A DNA stretch of 64,000 nt. Origin: Harriotta raleighana (taxonomy: Eukaryota). The notes under the pieces were generated by a model that saw nothing but the letters and a program-made list of their open reading frames with translations, did not search any database and was not told the origin of the DNA. The translations under genes and the position numbers were made by a program. The DNA lies in NCBI GenBank assembly GCA_050575255.1, contig JBNZDD010013687.1:942373-1006372 (forward strand), given 5' to 3'. Positions 13,128 through 25,491 of the stretch are shown piece after piece (position 1 is the first letter of the stretch; every line of letters begins with the position of its first letter).

Positions 13128-13200
13128 CAGCAACAACAACAACAACTTCGATTTATATCACGCCCTCCACACCGGGCGGCATCTCAGAGTGCTTCATGAG
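13128..13200 (-). mobile_element. L2 tail fragment
   Basis: (caa)n followed by atttatatcacgccctccacaccgggcggcatctcagagtgcttca. Confidence 0.65.
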
Positions 13201-13471
13201 CAACTCAAGCAATAACTGCTTGAGTTTCTGTTTTATACTTATTGTAGTTATGCCTTTGTTCCAGATGAATATACAGTACAATATACAGTAGAACATTAAT
13301 AGCAAATTGCAATCATGTAGAACCTTCCACAAAGGAAAGTGTCTCAGAGTAATATACAGGTACAGTATATGGTATATGCGTTTTGGAATATGAACATTCG
13401 GCAAGGAAAAAACATTCCACTGGGAAAAACCAATCTTTCATGCACCATTATTAGCTGAGTGGGAACATTAC

Positions 13472-13522
13472 CAATTTGTTCCAGTCGATAAAATCTGTCA
13501 ATTTGTTCCAGTCGATAAAATC
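13472..13522 (+). repeat. tandem duplication with 27-bp period
   Basis: caatttgttccagtcgataaaatc occurs twice. Confidence 0.9.
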
Positions 13523-14099
13523 CAAGACAGAAATGCAGCTCCATATCTCTGTTCGTTTAGGTTTCATTGCCTAATTGTATCGCATTAATGTTCGAATGTA
13601 AAGCAATTCAAACAAATAGTTCTTATCTGCAGAATTATTTTAGGTGAACTAAAGGAAATCAAAAGTAATAACGAGTTTGTCAGTTCTTCAGTTAAGCTGT
13701 TAAATTTATGTTTTTTCAAAAGAAGAAATACTGCTCATATTCAAAATTTGCTGGAATTCCAGTATCAAATAGTTAAACTTTTTGCATACAGTGTCTGTGA
13801 TGCAATTTTCTCATGAAGTAGTCATAGTATGAACTTTAACATATCATATATCTAAAGTTTATCTAAGTTGTACTACAAATCGATCAGCAAAACAAAATAG
13901 TTTAATTTAAAGTTGGAATAGTTGAAAAGGTGTATCTGGTATAAATCAATAATACAATGAGGTTAAAGCGGAAGAAGGCTGAAACTCATGTACTCTGTTT
14001 TAAATTACAGAGTGTAATCCAAAGATTGCAAGGCTGACACTTTAGCTGTTCAGTCACAGCAGCTTGTCTATTTGCTCAGTTGCCACACAGCTCACAACT

Positions 14100-14170
14100 G
14101 GGTGTGGTGAAAGTCCTTTGATAAGTACCTGCCTGGACTGCGGAAGTAGTTAGGGAAAGTTTATAAAAGA
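14100..14170 (+). promoter_or_regulatory. candidate internal promoter for the acidic first exon
   Basis: Clustered GGGTGTGG (KLF/CACCC, 14100), CCTTTGAT (TCF/LEF, ~14115), CGGAAGT (ETS, 14141) and TATAAAAG (14162). A GC box GGGCGG lies at 14674. Motif-level evidence only. Confidence 0.35.
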
Positions 14171-15098
14171 GAAATATGAAACCAGTGCTATGGATTTTCG
14201 TACATTCTACGAAGGCAGGAAACCAGCATTCCCACTGAAACCTGGGTTTGAATCAAGGAGAGAATGACCGACTAGCTGTATACTCAAAGATGCTGGATTT
14301 TCAACTGTGATTCACTGTCTGAGGAGCTTTCAGTCTTCAGGCCTGTGTTTGCCCAACCTGCAACTCCAGTTAGTATGTACTGTGACTGATTTAGAAATCC
14401 TGGGTGAGGAGCCGTTTGATCTTATTCCCAACTCTGCTGAGACCTGACGTTTTCTTTGGTGGTTTTGGAAAGCCTGTGAAGCGAGTTTGATTGTAGAGCA
14501 AGTTTGTGAAGGATACCTTTGATGGTTTATCCCATTTCCTTCTAATATTTCTGAACTCAGATTTGAAACAGTTCTCAGCTTCACATTGCAAATATTAGCT
14601 TTCTGTCAGATAACATCACATTGAAAAGTTATTTTAGTTTTTTGTTAATTTGGAAAGGGGACGTGAAGGGGGTGGGCGGAGTTAGTTTAATTATAGCAAA
14701 CTGTTTTCAGTGTTCAGACATTTGAGGTGGAAATAGTGAGAACAGATTTTAAACTTGCAAGAGACCTTTTGTTTAATGAAGTACATAACACAGCAGCCAG
14801 TGCAGCATTCAGTCTAGCAGGAGGCTATGTGGGTTTGCTGAGAAACACAGCTCACAAACGATTGGATGACCTGTTTGAAACAAATGATCAGAGATTTAAT
14901 CCTTTGCCTCTGAGTTTAAAAAACTGGAAGTTGTGAGAATGGGAGATTAAGGTCCACTTTGGAAACAATCAGGTTAACGCATGAATTGCATATTATGAAA
15001 CCTAAAAGATTTATGTGCAGCTTTTATCAAACTTCCCAAACCAAATAGAAATGTGTTTTTTAGGGGGGAAATAAGTCTACATAAGTGCCAGCATTACA

Positions 15099-16556
15099 AT
15101 GGCAGATGTCAAAAACGACAGTAATGGAAATGGAATTGATACTGAAGATGTAGAGAAATCAGCAGCAGCGAGCACAGAAAGTGTAGAATCACTGTTTACT
15201 TCACTATCCATGAAGATGGGGTTCCTGAGTCGGCGGAGTGTACCTGTGCCCTCCATGGAAGCAAAACATCCAAAGAATAAGCAAGAAAATACCGTGCTGA
15301 CATTTTTCCGTTCTTTAGATTTAAGTAATGGATCTCGCGAGAATAAAAAGCAAGATGTAGAAGCTGCAGATTCTAACAGTGAACAGTTTGATGTCAATGC
15401 AGAGCATAAACTAGCAAATGCTGAGGAGAATAGTGAGGGCACAGAAACAGAAATGGCAGACGAACAACTGATCGCTAACGAAATTGAAGTTCAACAAACT
15501 GAAGAGGGAGATGAAGAAGCACATGGCCTTCCTGAAGGTCCCTTCAAACCCTCTTCTTCTATTGACCAGCTAGAGAAACACTTGGATGAAGACAAGGTCC
15601 AAGTGATTCTTGTTCATACAACAAGCGACAATGAGTCAGATGATGATGGTGTGGGCCTGCAGGAGAGCCAAATGGATGAAACTAAAGTTCCACTGCCAGG
15701 TGATGACCAAACTGCAGAGCAAACAACAAACAATGATAATGAATCCAAGTTAAGTCCACACCAGGACGATCCTATGATAGCTGAAGCTGAAGAAACGAGA
15801 GCGGATTCCAACCTCGGATTGCTAAAATCAGCTTCAACTCTAAAGGTGGAAAGTATCAAAGACGAAATGATAGATGAGCCTCACAGTGGCAGTAGTGAAA
15901 AAGAACAAGATACATCAAAGACTCTTGCTGAAGATGTAAAGGTATCCGTGTCTCCAAGCACTTCTCCCAGGACCTCTCCCATCCTCGCTGGCCCAGCTCC
16001 ACAGGAGAAAGCTTTTCAACTGCCCGCTCTCTTTAGTGGGCTGCGTGTGGTAAAGAAAAGTCCTTCAGGTGAAGACAGGGAGACTGTGACAGAGATCAAA
16101 CCAAAGGACACTGGCTTGGCTATGCTGAAATTGACCCAGCCAGGTCAGAAATCTGCCGCTAAGCTCCTGTTGGAACAATTACCACAGAGAAAAGAGGATC
16201 GAAGAACAGTCGAGCCGAAAAAAAATGCTGGATTCTTAGAGCAGCTCAATCAGTTGATCTTTGATGTCCCGAAAAAGGAGGAGCAAGATACTGTTTCTGA
16301 TGGATCTGAGAAGAAAGAATCCCAAAGTGAGGATGTCAAGAATGACCCCTTGCCAACAGCAGAACCCGTACCTTCCCAGCCGGAAACGGCTTTGGAGAGC
16401 CTCAAATTGTTCTTTACTCAAAGAACTGTGAAAAAGGAACCAACTGATTTAGCAGACATAGAATCCTTAAGAAAGAGCAAGAAGCAAGACAAGGAGTCAC
16501 TAAGAGCAATTTTCCTGAAGCATTTTGAAGAGAAAAACAACACAGGATCATCTGAT
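15099..16556 (+). CDS. FMN1: FMN1 alternative first coding exon, acidic N-terminal domain (isoform IV-like)
   Basis: ATG in strong Kozak context (acaATGg) with in-frame TAA at 15072. Motifs LVHTTSDNESDD, EKAFQLPALFSGLRVVKK, ETVTEIKPKD..LAMLKLTQP, PETALE and KESLRAIF resemble mammalian isoform IV. Donor GAT|gtaaga at 16557, phase 0. Confidence 0.92.
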
Positions 16557-16609
16557 GTAAGAGTACTGTGTTCAAAGGTTATCCTACTTTTTCAGATCTT
16601 AAGTCATAT

Positions 16610-16670
16610 CAGCGCCTTTGGACGTACTCCCGGCATGAAATGCGCTATACAAATGTAATTTTGTATTATA
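16610..16670 (+). mobile_element. L2 tail fragment just 3' of the exon donor
   Basis: cagcgcctttggacgtactcccggcatgaaatgcgctatacaaatgtaatt. Similar fragments at ~16950-17010, 18505-18570, 29290-29380, 35095-35160, 36800-36950, 39290-39415, 40725-40860 (-) and 61350-61405. Confidence 0.7.
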
Positions 16671-17960
16671 TTATTTTTCAATAGTTCAAAACTACATTCA
16701 ACAACTTGAAATAATGGCTTTTAGTAAGCAAAGCGGTGAGATATAATTTCAGTAAAAAGAAAATTGTATTATTGTTGCTCACTTTTAACACTTATATAGC
16801 ATTTAATATGTTCTTTTAATAAACACCAGGAACCAGATATCAGTTTCAGTGGAAAATACAATGCTGGATACTAACTAAAAACAATGCTTTCAGGCACCCA
16901 AATTGCAATATCAGTTAAGCCATATTCACACTGTGTATTGATTAAGAGTAGGTGTCTTGGGATGTCCTCCCGACGTGAAAGACGCTCTATAAATGTAATT
17001 TGGTTGTTGGTGTGGGTGTGTCCAGAATGGTTTGCATTGAATATATTCATTAACTTTTATGCACTTCCCACACATCATTTCATTTCCTTTGTTGGATGAC
17101 AAGATCTTGTGGTCCATGACACTTGTTCTGTATTTATCATCCGCGCAGAAGATAAGAGGAAACATTACATTAGCTATTTGCATCAATCTACTGGGAACAT
17201 ACTGGTTTCCAGTAGACTTCACATTGTATCTGAAAGTAGTGAATTCAGTAATTTTCTCTTCCATTGGAATTGCAATGATAGATTGACTACAAACATGATG
17301 TGAGCTTATAGATGTGTACCTGGTTCCTTAGATAAGAGTAGATATGGGATATAGCATGATTTGGATGTTACTGTGACCACTTCTTGTGCTCTTTTAAAGG
17401 CTTCTTGAACTTTCAAATGGCCACCTTATGGGTTGTTGTGTGGCAACTGATGTTATTTCCTACTCGTCGCATTCTATGCTCAGGAAGTGTTGCTAAAGTT
17501 GCTTTCAGCGCAAGTTACGTGCAAATGTCTTCTCACTGAGGTTAATAGCACTTCCAACATGGATGTGAAAGGATTGTCACTGTTAAAAGTGTTGTTAGTT
17601 GGCAATCCGATGACCTAGAAATTGACCATTTTACTGTTCTTCGCTTATAATGAGGTCTCAGAGTATTGGACCCAGATGCTGCATGGTACTGAAGTTCCCG
17701 ATGTAATGTACATTAATTTGAGAGGAAACATAGAAATCAACAAAAATCTGCAGTATAAGTAAATTTATGAGGGCCTGGATTTAACAGAAATGGTGACACA
17801 TTGCTTCAAAAGGTTATTCTTGCGCTAAAGTCCTCCATGATGTGAAAGGTGCTATATAAATGTATGTTGCATTGTAAAGCAGTCCAACATTGCCAGAATT
17901 GGTAAACATAGCGCACATGAATTCTGCATGTGTTTTATAAACCTATTTTGCTTATTTCAG

Positions 17961-18081
17961 TCAGAACAGTTATCTCTATCCCAGTCTGATGATCGAACTC
18001 CAAGGCGACTCCAAGCTATCTGGCCGCCTCCCAAACCGAGAGACGACGAGGGAAAAGTGGGTCTTAAGTACAGTGAAGCAG
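17961..18081 (+). CDS. FMN1: FMN1 exon ([40 protein letters not shown])
   Basis: Acceptor ttatttcag, donor G|gtaaga. 121 nt, phase 0 to 1. Confidence 0.95.
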
Positions 18082-18984
18082 GTAAGAAGGTTTGGTAGTT
18101 TTTTCACGGAACTGGTGAACAAAGCTGCTGCTCAAAATTGCATCAACTTATTCCCTGTGCTTTCAATCATGCTTCAAATCTTTTGTTTTTAGCACTGCAA
18201 ACTGTGATAGCCCAGCCATTGTTACGCTTTCACAACAGGTTTAATCAGTAAACAGCTATGAGCAATGTGCATGGTAGAGATCCAATTGGTAACCAGTTCT
18301 TTGCACTATAAATGGTGAGCAGATATCAGGGGTCTTTAGATGTTGTCTTACTCACCGGCTGCCTTTTATCTAAACTAAATTTTGGCTACTCCTCAATGTT
18401 TCACCCATGAGGGATTATTTTAGAGGAATCAATGCCTGATATCTGCACATTGCAACAAAAAAACATGTTTTGTGTAATAGTGGCAACCATTGTCTTCGTG
18501 CTAGAGTTGAAGCGCTCTGAGATGCTGTCCGACATGGAGGACGCTATATAAATCAAAGTTGTTGTTGATGAATGGGACTAGTAACATTTCATTTCATGTC
18601 TGGGTGTGTTCCTCTTGCAGTTCTGCAGGTTCCTCTTGTTTTGTGAAGAGAGGAGATGATTCTGACATTTTGTTCAACCCTCGGCATTCCTTCAAACCTA
18701 CTTTCTTACAGCTCTGCAAAACCGGCCTAGTACTGTCCCAACCTCACCTGCAAGCCAGTCTCACTCCCTTCACTCTGCATATTCTCTTTCTACATCCGAC
18801 CATTGGCAGCCAAACATTCAGTATTTTTGCTCTCTGGAATACTCTATCTTGTACCATCTCTCATTGCTTTCCAAACCCCTTTAGAAACCTAGAGTAAGCT
18901 AGTTGTGCCTTTGCTTAGTACCCTCCTAAGCTTTCCCATCTTGCACCCTGCTTGAGCTCTTCATATCTCTGTACAATGCAGTCA

Positions 18985-19125
18985 TTGGGGCCACAAAATC
19001 ATCCCACTTAGCTCCCGTTAATCTTGCAGGCCGAACCAATAACAGGTTGGGTGGTCCTAGCGGGACTAACAGTGGAAAGCTTCCCAGACAATGATTTCAA
19101 TGAGAGCAATGCAGTTTTAGCTGGT
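18985..19125 (-). mobile_element. fragment of the palindromic repeat family
   Basis: cccacttagctcccgttaatcttgcag...tcctagcgggactaacagtggaaagcttccca aligns to the reverse complement of 38625-38731. Confidence 0.6.
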
Positions 19126-20089
19126 TAGAACTCCAGCCAACACACATCCTGGAGTCCCCAAGTCTTGCCAACTTGCACCTAAAATATTAACTACCTGCTT
19201 TTCCAATGAAAAGTCACAGACTAATCCCAGCCTTAAAACAAGTCAGCAAAACATATAAAATGTGGAAATGTAGTACTATGTTGGACACATGATTTGCTTA
19301 TTTGCTTATTTCATACCTGGTTGTTATTCAGATAATTTTACATTGATGAATAAAATGCATATTGCATTGTGCTAGAATTGCAATATGTTTGCAGAGAAAA
19401 TTTACTAGGATTAGTGATATTCATAGTTACTTTGGTGTGTCTGAACGTAGCCAAATTGAGTACGAGTTACATTTCCAAATATCCATTGAGGTTATACCAA
19501 AGGTTATGAGGTTCACGCTGTGAAAACTGCAGGCTCTAATAATTTCTGATTAAAATGCATAATACTCCTCAGGTTTATCAGAGATTTGAGCGTCAGTTCA
19601 CTTTTCAACAGTTCATCTATATGTTTCAGAGAAACATATTCCTCATTTGGCAGCCTTTTACTGTCTTTCAGATGTTATTGGAATTTATTTGACACTGAGA
19701 TGATGATGATGTCACATTGCTTGCTGCTGCTGGCAAATGTGGAAAAGGAAACTATAAACATTCAGGATTTTTTTTTATCATTAAAGTATTTTTATTGTTT
19801 TTCCTACACAGCATATTCCAATCACTAGAACAGTCGGTGACTAAAACTGTAACGGTTAACCGAACAAAAAGATTTGATTGAAATAGGCTGTAATGGTGTC
19901 TAGAACCCGGAAGAGATATATAAATTAATATTGTGTGGAGTGGTAAAAATCTCCTGAGACACGATGGATTTCTTCTTGCTATGTTCTATCCATGTAAAAG
20001 GAGTCTAGGAATCCTGTTACAATTATCTGATACATTGCACTACACCTCACCATGTCAAAACAGTGAGCCATCATGTCAAAACAGTGGGA

Positions 20090-20310
20090 GAACAGCAATA
20101 ATCAAACCAAACAGGATGCTGGGCTATATTGCTAAATCAGTTCAGATGCCCAGATGTCATACTCAAGTTTTTTTTTAAATACTCAAGCTATATAATGCTC
20201 TGGTCAGGCTGCACCTTCGTTCTGTGACATAAAAGCTTTGCCCCGGCCTAGGAAGCAACGCAGAGAGCAATAGGGATCACTCCTAGGGTTGGAGAAATTA
20301 GCCATAACCT
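20090..20310 (+). mobile_element. CR1 LINE ORF2 fragment
   Basis: Translates to KPNRMLGYIAKSV...KLYNALVRLHL, the typical CR1 post-RT region. Frameshifted. Confidence 0.75.
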
Positions 20311-21454
20311 CTTGAATTACTTTTGGATTTATTAGAAGTGTGAATGTATACACTGTGCCAACTTATAACATATATCTAACTTAAAAAAAAAAGTTCTGTA
20401 ATTCTTTGCAGCATTATCACTGTGAATAGTGTAACTGGATTTTGTGGAATATTGACACACGTTAATTACAGATTCCCCAAGGACATACACTTCTTGGGTT
20501 TCTTTCCCTGACTTTGATAACTATTTTAAAGTGTTTTTGAAGCACCAAACTTTAGCAGTACTATGATCTAACATGCTTGACTAAGCTTGTTGTAAAATTT
20601 GTTAAGGAATAATAATTCTGGCAAATCATTTGCAAATTCAGGAATGCGCTAAACTTCTTCGCAGCAGTTCCAAACATCACAAATAAGGTCTAGAACACAG
20701 TTTGTTTCTGTGAATTCGAGCAGTCCATTTTATTCCACGTTTCAGTCCTGTGGTCTTCCAGACTTGCGGAATAATTTAGAGCATGCAATCTGTGCTGAGC
20801 TGTTAATTACCGTATTTCATTCATTTTTACATGCACTAAACGTTTTAATGTTTTTCTAGTTGTAAATGATTGACCTGCAGTCAATAATAACGTACTGTTT
20901 AGTGAAAGGAGATTGCTGTTACACAGCCTCAGTTAGTGTAATACATACCATTCAGAATCAAATGCCAGATACTGCCAATTGGATTTCTGCTAAATGTTCT
21001 TAAATAGACAAAGTAATCTGATATTGGCTGACTGAATAAAGCTAATGTTAGAACCTAGTTACTGGATTTTACAGTGTTCTTTGGGACCTATTGATGAAGT
21101 GATTTTTTAAGAAACATAAAAAGACGTGTTTGCGAAAAATTAAACATTCTTTATAAGTATTTTTCCTCCGATGGCTCTTGTCATGTCAATACCCCCAAAA
21201 TCATTCAGTGGTAGAAAATACATGCAGGCAACCTTCTGTTAGGGTTGTGTCTGTGATATTTATAAACAACCACTAGGAGGTGCATGAGAGCATCTTCTAT
21301 TGAGAATGTACCTATTTTGCTTTCTCACTCATTTTGAGCTACTTGTCATCGCTTGATGACATTTTCAGTTACTCCTACCAATAATTGTTCCTACATACAA
21401 AATCCTTACTTACCATGTGACATGGAATCTGTGCTGAAATATTATTTGCACATG

Positions 21455-21845
21455 ATATCACTTGCATTTCCTATTGTACCTTATCATGTAAAAATGTCTG
21501 AAAGCATTTCACACGAGTTATATTTTTAAGCATTGCGATTTTCTTGAGCAAATAATCTCAGCAGGTAATCTGCTCCAGTAACATTCCACAAACAGCAATG
21601 GGAATGGATACCAAATTAATTTTGGGGCGGGGGATAGATTAGGAGGATGGGGGAATTTTGTCAAGGATACTAGGAAAGTCTAAACACTCATCTGTACATC
21701 TGCCAATGCATCATCCCTCAGCTCTTAGAAGTGCACTGGAATCAATTCAGATCAGGAACTCAAATCTCAGTGTGGGTCTCAAATTGAATTGAACTCGTAC
21801 CACAACCTTCTGTTGCAGAAGCAAGAATGCTACCAGCTACATCTG
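21455..21845 (-). mobile_element. old DeuSINE
   Basis: cttgcatttcctattgtaccttatcatg tail, ccacaaacagcaatg Deu piece, and head cacaaccttctgttgcagaagcaagaatgctacc. Confidence 0.6.
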
Positions 21846-22260
21846 GTAAGATGCTCGGTTTAGTTGGTTACATTCCAACAAAGAGATGCGGATTGTATCC
21901 TTTCATCGCGAGCAATTCCTGACTTCAGAACTGGCAAATGTCTGTGAGTTCTCAATCGTTGAACTTGGAAATGGTAACTTATGAAAAGGCTTTGCATATG
22001 TCTGAACACCCGACTGACCCTGCAAAAAGCAGTAAAACTAGATATTACCAAGAAGTTATACGAACAATAAATCAAGTGCAGAAGGATTTCTTTGGTATCT
22101 GGTATTCCTTCCATGTACAATGGAAGCACATTTTTATCTTCTTAAAGTATTAATAGAGTATTTTGTTCTTTGAATCGCTCCGTTCTAATTTAATTGCAAA
22201 ACAAATAAGAACAATATCAATGTTATAACTTTGCTAAATATCTTCATTTTATGAGAAGTG

Positions 22261-22385
22261 TGGGATGAATTTCCAGTTGATTTTATACACGTGCGGGCGA
22301 TGTGAGGTTATAAATGGGTTAATTCCCATCAGCGGCTGACATCGCCAATACAGTAATGTGTAACGATGACTGGGATTTCAGTCCA
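22261..22385. mobile_element. imperfect palindromic MITE-like element
   Basis: Outer arms tgggatgaatttccagtt / gactgggatttcagtcca and inner arms ggcgatgtgagg / gctgacatcgcc. Confidence 0.5.
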
Positions 22386-22529
22386 AATTCAGGAGGGGAA
22401 GGTACTTTCAGAATGTCTTTGGGATGATCCTTTGACTCCATCTTTTATATGTCCTATGTCAAAACCTGAAACCCCAAATCAACTCCAACTCACCCATAAA
22501 ATGGAGTCAGTATTTCTACTGGATAAATG

Positions 22530-22706
22530 ACCAGCAGCCAAATCCCTGGATGATTTCTACTCAAACCCAGGCACAGTGAAGCCAATTGAAGCTCTCAAAA
22601 CAGTGCACCAGCTGAGGTTGGCTAACTCAGTGCAGACCAGGAATCAAATCTGGGACCTGTATGACTTAGTACCACACCATGGGGTGCATTTAAGGAATGG
22701 GCCATT
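22530..22706 (-). mobile_element. ancient tRNA-derived SINE fragment (AmnSINE2-like from recall)
   Basis: Reverse complement taaatgcaccccatggtgtggtactaagtcatacaggtcccagatttgattcctggtctgcactgagttagccaacctcagc...caattggcttcactgtgcctggg. Confidence 0.5.
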
Positions 22707-24589
22707 AATCACATCCCAGTCAAGTTTCATCAACTGTAACATCAATGAGATGATGTAACTTGAACCAGATGTTGCAGTCTACAATGCCAATCAGACCTTT
22801 TAGTGTGTAACGCCAAAGTAGAACTTGGCAGTCTGTAACATCTGCTAAAATTTATCTTAACTGCCAAACTGGCTTAACAACTGAAGGAGTAAACTGAAAA
22901 AAACAAGGTCTTTAGCAACCTGGCACTTTATTACATACCACCACAGTAGCAAGTACAACATGCAGTGGTACCTTGATCATCTGTGTCCCAATTATTTGTC
23001 CTCCCAATTATCCACCAATATTTCTGGATGAGAGACACAGTGGCATGGCTGGAACAGTCTTTTGGTGTGGGTGGGATGAAGTTCCGACATACTTAGAAGG
23101 AGGACAAACATTAGTAATTTGCTGGATGGCTGCTTATATTGCAAATTCCTCAGGTATTTCTTGAGAGTTAATTAGTCAAAAATGTCACGAGCTGTCTCAG
23201 ACACTTCTGTGCAGTTGTGAGCCTAATTACGTCTGGTTTGGGGAACAAAGGTAATTGCTGAATTCAGTTGTTGTTGAAAATAACAGCTGGAACTTGCAAA
23301 CAAATGAACATAAATATCTCTGCCTCTTACTGTGTGGAGGGACTTAAAAGTAATTTATAACATAATAAAGGTACTGTGGGTGGGAAAAGGAAAGAAGCCG
23401 GGCTGAGGTACTTGAAATCAATATGCAGTGGAACTAAGTAATGATACTTATCACAGAAAATCTAATGTTGGATGGAGAAATGAATATTTTATTTTAGATA
23501 AATAGTCTGCAGTGGCAAATTTGACCCTACAGACGACCCTTGTGTACTGTACTTTCAGACCTCTATGATCTTGTATCTTGTAAGACCTTTCAAACCTTTG
23601 ATAACCCAGGTAACTCAATCACATTGACTTGATGCTTTAAAGAAGCATAACACCCATGCATTAAAATAGGTCATCTGTGCTTCCGTTTAGATATAGATTG
23701 CTGCTGAAACACTATTTATGTAACAGTAGCTCCAGGGAATTTCTGACCTATTTATTAAGTAGCCTTAATGTTTACAATTGATGTATAGGGAATATGTTTT
23801 ATCTCGTTCAATGCCAAGAGATTTTCATCTTTGCGAAAAGCTGTTCCAAAATCTCCAGTGTGCCAAGCCCCTCATCTTATCAAGGCAGTTGCTAGGAAGA
23901 CCTCTTAAATGCAATTTGCTCTGGCATGCGGAGGGTCTTTAGTACAGCTTACTTTTATCACTGTTGAGATAAGGTCTGAGATTTGTAGTCTTTACTGTTC
24001 AACTTGGGGGAAATAGCTTACTGATCTCAAATTGCAAAAAGATATTTCATCTGTCTCCTGGATGTGGCAATTTCCATCCCTCTTGTTTCCGGTTCCAATT
24101 TAAACTGAAGCTAGTGTTGATAGTTGCTTTGGAAAAATATCCTGATGCAACTGATAGCCTGACAAAACCCAAAGCACGCAAATAGAAAATATTTTTTTCC
24201 AAAAAAAGGCTGAAGGGATCAACAGGATTAACTGGAAGGCTAGAAGTCACTTTATGGTAATAATAATCAGTAATAATTAATCAGTAATTGGTGTAAATCG
24301 TAGAAGTGTTGAGAACTTGGTAGAACAAAGGGAAATAAGAATTGGGTCCATTTGCATGCTTTCAGGGCAAAACAAGCACTGGCTGACTGTCCAAGGAAAT
24401 CACAAAACTGCAACTGTATTTGCAAATTACCTTCATGTAGGTCATCGATGAAGGCTTTCTTGCCCAGGTGCATGCTGTGAGCCAAGAGCACTGGGAATCT
24501 GAATGTTTAGTATCCTTCTTCTGTCACAGTTGTCTGCACTTCCTTTCTCTAAAAAATGTGAACCCGATCTTGATTGATTTCCTTTCATA

Positions 24590-24790
24590 TGCACCAGGAT
24601 AGTCAAACAAGGACGCTGTCTTAGAATTGCAAGGGGCAATTTCAACATGGACATTCTAAAGTATTTATTTACCAAGAAGGTAAATAATGACTGGAACAGG
24701 TAACCAGGAAGGGTGCTTGAGGCCAGGATACTGGAGTCATTTTTAAAGAAACAGGTTGATGCTGTGATGAGGAAGGTGGTAGGCTAGGCA
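24590..24790 (+). mobile_element. CR1 LINE 3' ORF2 fragment
   Basis: Degenerate translation LRIARGNFNMDILKYLFTKKVNNDWNR*PGRVLEARILESF, CR1 C-terminal pattern. Confidence 0.7.
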
Positions 24791-24908
24791 TTCTGAGAAA
24801 ATGGGCTCAAGAGCTTTATCCAAACCAGGCTTGTAATCTGCTAAAACTGAATCTTTTTGGCCCAAAATCTTTATAACAACAATGAGTGATTGAATTACTG
24901 CTCTAATT

Positions 24909-25260
24909 GGAGCCCTATAGCTCAGTGGTTAGAGAACTTGCCTTGCAAGGGAGAGACCTGGGTTTGATTCCAGTCAGCACAAAACGTTGGGCAAGTTTCC
25001 TGACTCCACATGCCATTGTAAGTAGGAACCCAGTTGTTAGTTGATTGGTGAATTGCTTTTCTGAGGGGTAACAATTCCTTTTTTAAAAAATTGGTCACTT
25101 CAATCCACAATTGTTTGTGGGACATTGCTGTGCGCAATTGGCTGCTGCGTTTCGCCAACAAAATTTACACTCAATTCACTTTACATTATATTCTGTGAAG
25201 CACTTTGAGACATCTTGAAGACATGATCAAGTGTTATATCAAATGCAAGGATTATTATTA
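24909..25260 (+). mobile_element. full-length SINE variant with an extra central segment
   Basis: Same head, body and tail as the other copies plus ~54 bp at 25015-25068. Confidence 0.85.
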
Positions 25261-25491
25261 TTTATGGCTTGCGGAATAGCTTATGTTGCAGATGTTATTG
25301 ATATCAACATTATCCTGATAGACAAACAAAACCATTGTTCCATTTCTTTTGTCATATGGGATGTAACATGGCATTCTCTGGGTGTATACCATTTTAGTTT
25401 TACACTTCTGTAGGCTTATATCTATCTAGTGGACTTAAAACATTTTAATGCGAGTTTCACAATCTCATTACTTTCTGCACATTCCTCATAA

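Noticed and set aside
15077-15859. Minus-strand ORFs opposite the acidic exon
   Set aside because: Antisense shadows of a coding exon with biased composition.
16557-16658. C-terminal 33 aa of the 519-aa ORF
   Set aside because: Read-through past the gtaaga donor into the intron and an L2 tail fragment. Not part of the spliced protein.
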